Shown here: in pieces, positions 15,646 through 22,966 of the stretch
Layout: every line of letters begins with the position of its first letter
Position numbering within the stretch: position 1 is the stretch's first letter
Assembly (NCBI GenBank): GCA_016866955.1
Contig: VGKT01000003.1
Coordinates: forward strand, 1-52,365
From: Candidatus Pacearchaeota archaeon
GTDB taxonomy: Archaea; Nanobdellota; Nanobdellia; Pacearchaeales; GW2011-AR1
DNA: 52,365 nucleotides
Reading direction: 5' to 3'
Position numbers and translations under genes: made by a program
Notes under the pieces: model-generated
Databases searched by the model: none
Told to the model about the DNA's origin: nothing
Seen by the model: the letters and a program-made list of their open reading frames with translations, nothing else

Positions 15646-16338
15646 ATGAAAGGGATGAAGATACGTTCACACGAAGGGGGAGAAACCCAACGGTATATGC
15701 AACAAGTATTCATGTGGATGTTCTTAGGAATGTTGATAAGTGCAGTTGCAGCATTCGTGGTGGCAACTAATGAAACGCTTGCTTCTCTTATTTTAGGTAC
15801 CTGGTTGTTTTATGCGTTGATTATTCTTGAATTGGTGTTAGTGTTTGTCCTTGTTTTGGCAGTTAAACGAGTTTCAGCATTGACTGCAACGTTCTTGTTC
15901 TTAGGGTATGCATTATTGACTGGATTGACCTTATCCGTGATACTCCTTGTGTACTCTATTGGTTCTATTTTCCTCACCTTTGTGGTATCTGCTGCGATTT
16001 TCGGAGGTATGGCATTCTATGGTTGGGTAACAAAGGCTGATTTATCTCGCATTGGCATTATCATGTTCTTTGGTCTTATTGGCATTATTATTGCAGCATT
16101 GATTAATTTGTTCTTGCAAAATAGCATGCTTGATCTCATTATTAGTGTTATTGGAGTGTTAGTCTTCACGGGGCTCACGGCATATGATATTCAGAAGATT
16201 AAACAACTGAATATCTTGGGCAATGAAGGAACGGATGAAGATCGCAAGGAAGCAATCATGGGTGCTTTGACGCTCTATCTTGACTTCATTAACCTCTTCT
16301 TGAGCTTACTTAGGTTAATGGGTAAGAAGCATAAGTAA
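15646..16338 (+). CDS. Bax inhibitor-1/YccA family membrane protein
   Basis: Seven hydrophobic segments. N-terminal YMQQVFMWMFLGM and the TAYDIQKIK motif region are typical of BI-1/YccA. A TTATAAAT box lies about 26 nt upstream. Confidence 0.8.
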   Translation: MKGMKIRSHEGGETQRYMQQVFMWMFLGMLISAVAAFVVATNETLASLILGTWLFYALIILELVLVFVLVLAVKRVSALTATFLFLGYALLTGLTLSVILLVYSIGSIFLTFVVSAAIFGGMAFYGWVTKADLSRIGIIMFFGLIGIIIAALINLFLQNSMLDLIISVIGVLVFTGLTAYDIQKIKQLNILGNEGTDEDRKEAIMGALTLYLDFINLFLSLLRLMGKKHK

Positions 16339-16932
16339 TTCTTTAATCGCAGTACTAAACTCATAACTTCCGCATACTTGTGTGTTGGTGAGAGGGAGTG
16401 TGGAAAGTAGTTCTTTTGTTATTCTACCCTGCTTGTATGCGGGATGACGTTCTTGGGTAAGTGTGATGATGACTTCTTTGAATGCTTGCCTAAGTTCTTG
16501 TTCATAGATAATGTCTTCGGCTTTTTTGAGAGACCAGAGGAGAGTACTTTGTTTTGTTAGCTCTGGATGCGTACGTGCATACGCAAGAAAGGGAGCGATG
16601 CCAATGCCAGAGGCAATGAAGGTGCCAGGAGTTGTTGCTCGATGAGTACCGAACAATCCGCGTATGCACAATTCTTGGCCTGGTTGGGCTCGTATGAAGT
16701 CATGCGTGACGCTTTCAGAGCTTGGTGACCGTTTGATGAGGAATGCGAGGTATTCATCTTGATTGGTTGAGATAAACGTGAATGCCCGTGCCTTTGTGGG
16801 CTCGTGGTCTGAAAATCCAAGCAAACAGGAATGTCCAGGTATAAACAAGAATCCTCTTGGCTTGGTAGTGATAAGGAGAAACGTGTTCTGATTAACGGGT
16901 GTGCAAGCGAGTACTGAGAGTGAAATGTTCAT
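16315..16932 (-). CDS. FNR-like FAD/NAD(P)-binding oxidoreductase
   Basis: RAFTFIS (an R-x-Y-S/T-type FAD motif) and SGIGIAPFLAY (an NAD(P)-binding GxGxxP-type motif). The track start at 16944 is TTG. The ATG at 16932 fits a GTATATAAAT box centred about 27 nt upstream. The 3' end overlaps the convergent BI-1 gene by 24 nt. Confidence 0.7.
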   Translation of the reverse strand: MNISLSVLACTPVNQNTFLLITTKPRGFLFIPGHSCLLGFSDHEPTKARAFTFISTNQDEYLAFLIKRSPSSESVTHDFIRAQPGQELCIRGLFGTHRATTPGTFIASGIGIAPFLAYARTHPELTKQSTLLWSLKKAEDIIYEQELRQAFKEVIITLTQERHPAYKQGRITKELLSTLPLTNTQVCGSYEFSTAIKELLMLLTH

Positions 16933-17227
16933 AGGAACATACAAGAGAGCAGATTTATATACTTCTTCTCACTTGGTAGGACACGTGCTTTATTTTGAAA
17001 AAATATCTTTCGCTGGCCAGGCATGTGTTTTTTCAGTTATATTCTAACTCTATGTTTATTTTTATGTTTATGATATTCATCAAATTAGGCAAAGTAGTAT
17101 GAGAGGGGAGACCGGTACCGTTATTTTTCTTAAATACGGCAGATGATTTTCTCTCCCTTCTTGCGGGCGGTTATGCCATTTTAGTACTAGCGTAAACTTT
17201 AAAGCACCTTCTTAGAGTTTAGTTGAT

Positions 17228-17455
17228 ATGACTTGTCCTTTTTTAGAATACCGTTTTGTACTGGAGCAAAATCTTCCGTTTTGTCGAGCACAACAACCAG
17301 GTAAGGAAGTTCCCGCTGATGCTCTTTCGTTTATTTGCTGTACTGGGCGATATCGTATTTGTAAGTATTATGATGAGGAGATTATTGATGTTTCTGATCA
17401 AGCACCATCTTCTCTATCTCCTTCGCCAGCATTCTTACAAATTAGCCCTAGTTAA
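17228..17455 (+). CDS. Small Cys-rich hypothetical protein (75 aa)
   Basis: An ATG is preceded by a CTTTAAAG box about 28 nt upstream. Motifs CPFLEY...C...CC...C. Acidic, Ser-rich tail. Confidence 0.4.
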   Translation: MTCPFLEYRFVLEQNLPFCRAQQPGKEVPADALSFICCTGRYRICKYYDEEIIDVSDQAPSSLSPSPAFLQISPS

Positions 17456-17489
17456 GCTTTAAAAACCATTTTTCACTTTTCAAATTCCC

Positions 17490-18032
17490 ATGGCTGATGT
17501 ATGGCATGATATCCCTATCGGAGTGAAAGCTCCCTTAATTGTGAATGCAATTATTGAAATTCCGAAAGACTCTAAGCTCAAATATGAGTATGATAAAGAA
17601 ACAGGTTTGTTGAAACTTGATCGGTTTTTGTTTTCTGCTGTGCACTATCCCGGAGATTATGGTTTTGTTCCCCAAACATTGTGGGAAGATGGAGACCCGT
17701 TAGATATTATCATTTTGACTACTCGTTCCATTACGTATCCTTTGACCCTTGCTGAAGTACGCGTTATTGGAGTAGCGCGTATGGTTGATAATGGAGAGAA
17801 AGATGATAAGATTATCGCGGTGTATAATGCTGATCCGCGCTATGCCGAATACACCGACCTTACGGATATCCCTAAACATTATTTAGAAGAACTGAAACAC
17901 TTCTTTGAAAGTTATAAGCAATTGGAAGGAAAACAATGTCAGATTATGGAATTCTTGCCCCGAGGTGCTGCCTTAAAAGATGTGGAACTTGCACAGGCAT
18001 CATACAGGAAGAAATATGGGAAGAAAAAGTAA
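17490..18032 (+). CDS. ppa: Inorganic pyrophosphatase (family I)
   Basis: EIPKDSKLKYEYDKETG, YPGDYGFVPQT and DGDPLDIIILT are signature family I PPase segments. Confidence 0.9.
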   Translation: MADVWHDIPIGVKAPLIVNAIIEIPKDSKLKYEYDKETGLLKLDRFLFSAVHYPGDYGFVPQTLWEDGDPLDIIILTTRSITYPLTLAEVRVIGVARMVDNGEKDDKIIAVYNADPRYAEYTDLTDIPKHYLEELKHFFESYKQLEGKQCQIMEFLPRGAALKDVELAQASYRKKYGKKK

Positions 18033-18077
18033 GTGCTTAACAGTAGTTTTATAAGGGATTTTTATCCCTTACTTGGT

Positions 18078-18965
18078 ATGGAGTCAATTCATATCCTCTT
18101 GTACTATCGGTATGTGCAGATAGAGGATCCTATGCGATTTTGTAAGGAACATCTTGCTTTGTGTAACCACCTTGGATTACGTGGACGTATTTTAGTTGCT
18201 AAGGAAGGAATGAATGGTTCAGTTAGTGGAACAAAAGAACAAGTTGCAGCGTATAAACAGGCTGTGCATGCTGATGCTCGTTTTGCAGGGATGCCTTTTA
18301 AGGAAGATATTGGAGTAAGTCATCCGTTTAAGAAAATGGTGGTGAAAGTAAAGCCTGTTATTTTGAATATGGGGGCAGACGTTACTTTAGAAAACACCGG
18401 CACTCATCTGAAACCGGACGAATTTTTACACTTATACGAAACAGATAAAGATATGGTGGTGGTTGATGCACGAAATGACTATGAATGGCGCGTAGGGAAA
18501 TTCAAAAATGCTGTAACGCTGCCTATCAAAACATTTAGAGACTTTCCAAAAGTTGCTTTACAAGAGCTTGCACCGTATAAGAACAAGAAAATTGTGATGT
18601 ATTGTACGGGGGGAATACGATGCGAAAAAGCAAGCGCTTATTTGAAAGAAAACGGTTTCCAGGATGTAAGCCAGATTGATGGAGGAATCCTTACCTTTGG
18701 TAAACAATATCCAGATACAATCTGGGAAGGGACCTGTTTCGTATTTGATCGGAGAATGGTTTCTAACATTAATACGGAACATACGCCTTTAACCGTGTGT
18801 GAGATTTGTACAAGACCGTGTGATTTATATCGTAATTGTAGCCATAGCACGTGTGATGCGTACTGTGTTGTGTGTATTGATTGTGAACAATCGCATGGCG
18901 GATGTTGCAGTAAAGCTTGTTTTGTTGAAATGCAGACGAAAGCTATGCGCAATTCTATTTTTTAG
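18078..18965 (+). CDS. trhO: Rhodanese-domain tRNA U34 hydroxylase (TrhO/YceA, UPF0176)
   Basis: ILLYYRYV, GRILVAKEGMNGSVSG, the rhodanese active-site loop YCTGGIRCEKA and a C-terminal Cys-rich tail. The track start (GTG at 18033) abuts the ppa stop. The ATG at 18078 (MESIHILLYYRY) matches the usual N-terminus. Confidence 0.85.
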   Translation: MESIHILLYYRYVQIEDPMRFCKEHLALCNHLGLRGRILVAKEGMNGSVSGTKEQVAAYKQAVHADARFAGMPFKEDIGVSHPFKKMVVKVKPVILNMGADVTLENTGTHLKPDEFLHLYETDKDMVVVDARNDYEWRVGKFKNAVTLPIKTFRDFPKVALQELAPYKNKKIVMYCTGGIRCEKASAYLKENGFQDVSQIDGGILTFGKQYPDTIWEGTCFVFDRRMVSNINTEHTPLTVCEICTRPCDLYRNCSHSTCDAYCVVCIDCEQSHGGCCSKACFVEMQTKAMRNSIF

Positions 18966-19533
18966 CCTGAATCATGCCCCAAGGGGTTGCTCCTGGAAGA
19001 CGATGTTTACGTGCAATAATTAACAAATAGAGCGCAAAGATTATTGTTGTTGCTGTTGCAATCATCTTATATGCAAGCCACGCTTCTTGTGAAAATTTAG
19101 TACCGATTAAATAGTTAGAAAGCCCAAGCACTCCAAACATAGTTGCCCAGAGTAAAGAGACTATTACCCACCCTTGCTTAGAAATGTGAAAGAGATTTTT
19201 AAACATCTCGCGTAATATAAGCTTATCTGCAATTAATCCAACTAAAATAGCTAGGGCCATGGCCCCATTGTACCACGTATCTTTGTTAATAATATATTTT
19301 GGATTATCAGTTATAAGGGTAATCATGCCAGGGATAACAATTGTTAGTGCTGCAAGTAAAGGGAAAAAAGCAATACGTTGCTGTTTAGTCCATGAAACAA
19401 AGAGTGCAAGCAAGGTCGTGCTTACTAAAACAGCGGTTGCTGGAATGAATTTAAGCCAGACAGACACGATAAAAAATACTAAAAGTGGTCCAAATTCAAT
19501 TAAAAATGCTTGCCAGGGTTTTAGTATTTTCAT
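18955..19533 (-). CDS. YciB/IspZ-like (intracellular septation protein A family) membrane protein
   Basis: Five hydrophobic helices. The N-terminal LIEFGPLLVFFIVS and overall pattern resemble the bacterial YciB family. This similarity is from memory and was not searched. Confidence 0.5.
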   Translation of the reverse strand: MKILKPWQAFLIEFGPLLVFFIVSVWLKFIPATAVLVSTTLLALFVSWTKQQRIAFFPLLAALTIVIPGMITLITDNPKYIINKDTWYNGAMALAILVGLIADKLILREMFKNLFHISKQGWVIVSLLWATMFGVLGLSNYLIGTKFSQEAWLAYKMIATATTIIFALYLLIIARKHRLPGATPWGMIQAKK

Positions 19534-19557
19534 TTATGAGATAGAGTTTTGATTAAA

Positions 19558-20364
19558 TTAAAGATTTGCAAAATAAAACGTTTCTTCTTTTTTAGCAAGA
19601 AAACCCTCCTCCATTAATTGAGCAAGTATTTTTTCTACCCTTATATCTTTTACTTTTTCTTTAATTTTTTGTAGAGAGATACTTTTCTCAAGAGTGAGCA
19701 CCTTAAGGACTTTTCCGCGCACTTGCCGTTCAGAACCTTCGAATTTCGATTGTTTGGTGTATTGTGTGCTCTTTCTGCTTGGATTGATAACTTGTTTCTT
19801 GAGAACTGTGCCATAGTCCATAATGGCAGAATACCATTTGCGTGCATTTGTTTTGTCGAGCGCTTGTTCTACTAATGGAAGAATCTCCTTGTCATGTACT
19901 TCTTCTTTCCCTTTGAAAAAGAAATGAATGAAGACAGAACGGACATTGGTTTCAATGAAGATAACGGGTTTGTTGAATGCAAATGCTGAGATGGAGGCAG
20001 CAGTTGCGGGACCAATCCCAGGGAGTGCATCTAGAGCTTTGAGTGTATCCGGAATAGTGCCTTGATGAAGAGTGATAATTTCTCGTGCTGCTTTGCGAAG
20101 ATTAAGTGCACGGCGATTGTACCCTAACCCTGACCAGATTTGTAGCAGTTGCACAGTGGGTGCTTGTGCAAGATCTTTGAGCGTAGGGAAGGCACGTATA
20201 AATTCAGTGTACTTCTCAATCACGCGAGGTACTTGGGTCTGTTGGAGCATAATTTCTGATACCAAAACGCCGTACGGAGAAGGATTGCTTCGCCAGGGGA
20301 GCACCCGTGCTTGTTTGTCATAAAAAGCATAGAGGAAAGGAGTTAGTTCTGATATTTTCACCAC
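19558..20364 (-). CDS. HhH-GPD DNA glycosylase, MutY-like, without a Fe-S cluster, with a C-terminal wHTH-like tail
   Basis: LPWR, SEIMLQQTQV and LPGIGPATAASI (HhH-GPD). There is no Cys anywhere in the translation, so the MutY/Nth 4Cys cluster is absent. The start codon is GTG, and its position is uncertain. Confidence 0.75.
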   Translation of the reverse strand: MVKISELTPFLYAFYDKQARVLPWRSNPSPYGVLVSEIMLQQTQVPRVIEKYTEFIRAFPTLKDLAQAPTVQLLQIWSGLGYNRRALNLRKAAREIITLHQGTIPDTLKALDALPGIGPATAASISAFAFNKPVIFIETNVRSVFIHFFFKGKEEVHDKEILPLVEQALDKTNARKWYSAIMDYGTVLKKQVINPSRKSTQYTKQSKFEGSERQVRGKVLKVLTLEKSISLQKIKEKVKDIRVEKILAQLMEEGFLAKKEETFYFANL

Positions 20365-20382
20365 TTTATTACAACGTACAGA

Positions 20383-20389
20383 TTTATAA
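20383..20389. promoter_or_regulatory. TTTATAA box shared by the divergent genes starting at 20364 and 20413
   Basis: This is the only A/T box in the spacer. Its centre is about 27 nt from the ATG at 20413 and about 22 nt from the GTG at 20364. Confidence 0.4.
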
Positions 20390-20412
20390 GAGTTCGGATG
20401 GTTCTTGAAAGG

Positions 20413-21516
20413 ATGAAATCAATCTATCTTGACAATGCTGCTACAACACCGGTGCGAAAAGAAGTAGCAAACGTTATGACTGACGTGATGAGCAAGCACT
20501 TTGGAAATCCAAGTTCTCCTCATGCGTTAGGAGACGAAGCTCTTGAGCTAATTACTCGAGCACGGAAGAGGATTGCTTCGTTGATGCATGCGAAACCAGA
20601 AGAAATAGTATTTACATCTGGAGCAACTGAAGCAAATGCGCTTGCGTTATTTGGGTTGGCTGGTGTCTACGGGACGAAGAAACGAATTGTTATATCTGCA
20701 TTTGAGCATAGTTCTATTCGTGAAGTGTGTGCGATGTTGCAAGGAGGGGGGTATGAGATTGTGGAACTACCCGTTACCCAAGAAGGACTTCTAGATATAA
20801 AGGCACTAGAACAAGCACTTACGCCTAGTACATTGGCCGTTTCTCTTATCCATGGCCATAATGAACTTGGAACGATACAAGATATTAAAGCGATTGCTTC
20901 TCTTTGCAAACAAAAGAACATCTTTTTTCATACTGATGCGGTACAAAGTTATGGGAAAGTGCCGATTGATGTGCGCTGGGGCATTGCTTTATTGTCGGTT
21001 TCGGCACATAAGCTCGGGGGACCAAAAGGAATCGGTTGTTTGTATGTCCGAGAAGGAATTCACTTGAAGCCTTTATTGCCCGGAAGCCAGGAACGAGGAA
21101 GACGAGGGGGAACTGAAAACGTGCCAGGGATTGTTGGATTTGAAAAAGCAGTTGCACTTGCTCAGAAGAATGACTGGGGCACGATTGAGAAACTACGAAC
21201 CTGGTTTGAAAAAGAATTAGAGGGGCTTGGAGGAGTGATTACCTGCAAGCAGAGTCCTCGCTTACCCGGGCATGTGCATGTTTCATTTCCAGAACAAGAT
21301 GCCGAACAATTAGTAATTGCTCTTTCTGAACAGGGCATCTATTGTTCTGCTCGTTCTGCATGCTTGACAAAACAACATACGGAACATAAAGTACTGGATG
21401 CGATTGGAATGCCCCAGAAACTCCAGAAAGGAAGCGTGCGGTTTGTGTTGGGTGCTGAGACGAGTAAGAAAGAGTTGAAAGTAGTGGTGAGCGTACTTAC
21501 TCGGTTGTTAAGCTAG
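20413..21516 (+). CDS. Cysteine desulfurase (NifS/IscS class V aminotransferase)
   Basis: IYLDNAATTP, the PLP-Lys motif SAHKLGGPKGIG, GGTENVPGIVGF and the catalytic loop SARSAC. The track start at 20398 lies too close to the TATA box, whereas the ATG at 20413 (MKSIYLDNAATTP) fits the spacing. Confidence 0.85.
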   Translation: MKSIYLDNAATTPVRKEVANVMTDVMSKHFGNPSSPHALGDEALELITRARKRIASLMHAKPEEIVFTSGATEANALALFGLAGVYGTKKRIVISAFEHSSIREVCAMLQGGGYEIVELPVTQEGLLDIKALEQALTPSTLAVSLIHGHNELGTIQDIKAIASLCKQKNIFFHTDAVQSYGKVPIDVRWGIALLSVSAHKLGGPKGIGCLYVREGIHLKPLLPGSQERGRRGGTENVPGIVGFEKAVALAQKNDWGTIEKLRTWFEKELEGLGGVITCKQSPRLPGHVHVSFPEQDAEQLVIALSEQGIYCSARSACLTKQHTEHKVLDAIGMPQKLQKGSVRFVLGAETSKKELKVVVSVLTRLLS

Positions 21517-21627
21517 GTTTACTTAATTTTTTTGTAGATAACAAAATAACCAAAGTTTTTTCAAGCGCATTACTAATTGCTTTTAGATGATTATTATTTG
21601 CAACCGTTGCGTAAAAATATATCTTTG

Positions 21628-21646
21628 AGCAAGCTTGTTGCTTGCT
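21628..21646. terminator. Hairpin (AGCAAGC-ttgtt-GCTTGCT) between convergent genes
   Basis: A perfect 7-bp stem read directly from the sequence. It lies between the 3' ends at 21516 (+) and 21670 (-). Confidence 0.3.
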
Positions 21647-21669
21647 AATATAGCAATAAAAAGTGCTTT

Positions 21670-21891
21670 TTAAGCAAGCTCAATATCTTCTTCATTGAAA
21701 GGGGCATAACAAAGAACGTTCCCTGCTTTGTCGTTGAGCAACACGTGATATTGGCCGTTTGGTAAGAGAATGTTAATTGTTCCCTTCATGCCTTTCTGCA
21801 GTGGTTGCTCATCAGCATACCATTCAATTCGATCAGGATCGGGCAAACGTATTATTTTTACCGCTTGATGGCGTTTGAATTTTGTTTGCAT
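21670..21891 (-). CDS. Small hypothetical protein (73 aa), possibly an SH3-like/DUF4926-like fold
   Basis: ORF 5 nt downstream of relE on the same strand. The pattern VKIIRLPD...KGMKGTINILLPNGQYHVLL...EEDIE resembles DUF4926-type proteins. This is from memory and unverified. Confidence 0.45.
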   Translation of the reverse strand: MQTKFKRHQAVKIIRLPDPDRIEWYADEQPLQKGMKGTINILLPNGQYHVLLNDKAGNVLCYAPFNEEDIELA

Positions 21892-21896
21892 AGTGT

Positions 21897-22142
21897 TTAT
21901 TGATATATCCTTCCTCGTTTATCAAAGACTTGAACTACAAGAACCTTCCGATGATGATCTATATCTATTAACGCTCGGTAGTCACCTATGCGAATTTTAT
22001 GATGATCTCCCTCGTAATGCTCGAGGTATCTCATAGGATTTACTTCGATTTCTTTAAACTTCTTTCTTATTCGGTTTTGTATATCTTGTGGAAGATTTTT
22101 AAAGAACTTAGTAGCAGTTGAAGAAAATTGTACTTCGTACAT
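21897..22142 (-). CDS. relE: RelE/ParE-family toxin (mRNA interferase)
   Basis: 81 aa. The N-terminal FFKNLPQDIQNRIRKKFKEI and C-terminal KIRIGDYRALIDIDHHRKVLVVQVFDKRGRIY match the archaeal RelE pattern. Confidence 0.8.
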   Translation of the reverse strand: MYEVQFSSTATKFFKNLPQDIQNRIRKKFKEIEVNPMRYLEHYEGDHHKIRIGDYRALIDIDHHRKVLVVQVFDKRGRIYQ

Positions 22143-22148
22143 ACGAAA

Positions 22149-22322
22149 TTATAAATCCTTTAATGAAGTACGCAAAGAAGGCGCTTCTTTACGAGCTTCT
22201 GCAAGCGCTTTTTCTGCCCAAGGCGTTAACTTACCTTCATTCGCTAAGACATTGCTAATTACCGCTAATTGATTTTGTACTTTCATAAGGTCATTATGTA
22301 CTGTTTCAATGGATACGCTCAT
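22149..22322 (-). CDS. Putative antitoxin (57 aa, not in the ORF track)
   Basis: My hand translation gives MSVSIETVHNDLMKVQNQLAVISNVLANEGKLTPWAEKALAEARKEAPSLRTSLKDL. It ends 6 nt before the relE ATG, which is the classic antitoxin-toxin order. Confidence 0.55.
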   Translation of the reverse strand: MSVSIETVHNDLMKVQNQLAVISNVLANEGKLTPWAEKALAEARKEAPSLRTSLKDL

Positions 22323-22509
22323 CCGATTTATTCTCTCTTTGAGTTAAAATAGTTTATGGTTCTCAAAAAAGCATAGTGCCACTCAAAAAAGAAGACATAA
22401 AAAATAATTTCATTTATCGTCGGAAATTATATTTTAAGAAGAAGGTTTAAATAGAGAAATGATGGTTGACATTGTATAAACAAGAGGTTGTGGTATCTGG
22501 AGACGGAAA

Positions 22510-22525
22510 ACACAATAGCTTGTGG
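22510..22525 (+). promoter_or_regulatory. Candidate NrdR box (ACACAATAGCTTGTGG)
   Basis: 13 of 16 positions match the bacterial NrdR-box palindrome acaCwAtATaTwGtgt as I recall it. The box ends 6 nt before the nrdR ATG. A weaker partner, ACATTGTATAAACAAG, lies at 22469-22484. Confidence 0.4.
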
Positions 22526-22531
22526 TGAACT

Positions 22532-22966
22532 ATGCGATGCCCCTACTGTAAACACGATGAGACCAAAGTGGTCGATAAACGTGATGTGGAAGGTAAAGCA
22601 AAACGTCGCCGTGAGTGTTTGAAGTGTGAAAAACGCTTTAACACCCAAGAACTCCTGGAGGAGATTGACTTGACGGTTGTTAAAAAAGATGGCCGACGAG
22701 AAGATTTTGATCAGGATAAACTAAAAAGAGGGATCGTGATTGCCTGTCAGAAACGGCCGGTAAGCACAGAAACCATTGAACGAATGATAGCAACCATCCA
22801 AGACAAACTACGAAAAGAAGGCAAAGAGGTACAGAGCCAGATAGTGGGCTCGTTTGTGTCTAAAGAATTAAAGAAAGTTGATGATGTGGCCTATATCCGA
22901 TTTGCCTCCGTTTATAAGGACTTTAGTGACGCTGCTGACTTTAAGCGGGAGTTGCAACAATTATGA
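22532..22966 (+). CDS. nrdR: NrdR transcriptional repressor (zinc ribbon + ATP-cone)
   Basis: MRCPYCKHDETKVVDKR...CLKCEKRFNT (a 4-Cys ribbon) followed by an ATP-cone (VVKKDGRREDFDQDKLKRGI...AYIRFASVY). There is a 4-nt ATGA overlap with nrdJ. Confidence 0.85.
   Translation: MRCPYCKHDETKVVDKRDVEGKAKRRRECLKCEKRFNTQELLEEIDLTVVKKDGRREDFDQDKLKRGIVIACQKRPVSTETIERMIATIQDKLRKEGKEVQSQIVGSFVSKELKKVDDVAYIRFASVYKDFSDAADFKRELQQL

Noticed and set aside
17052-17072. Tandem TATGTTTAT-ttt-TATGTTTAT, considered as a possible origin or ORB-like repeat.
   Set aside because: It is only two short AT-rich copies. There is no adjacent orc1/cdc6 gene and no longer inverted ORB-type elements, so it is indistinguishable from low-complexity spacer.
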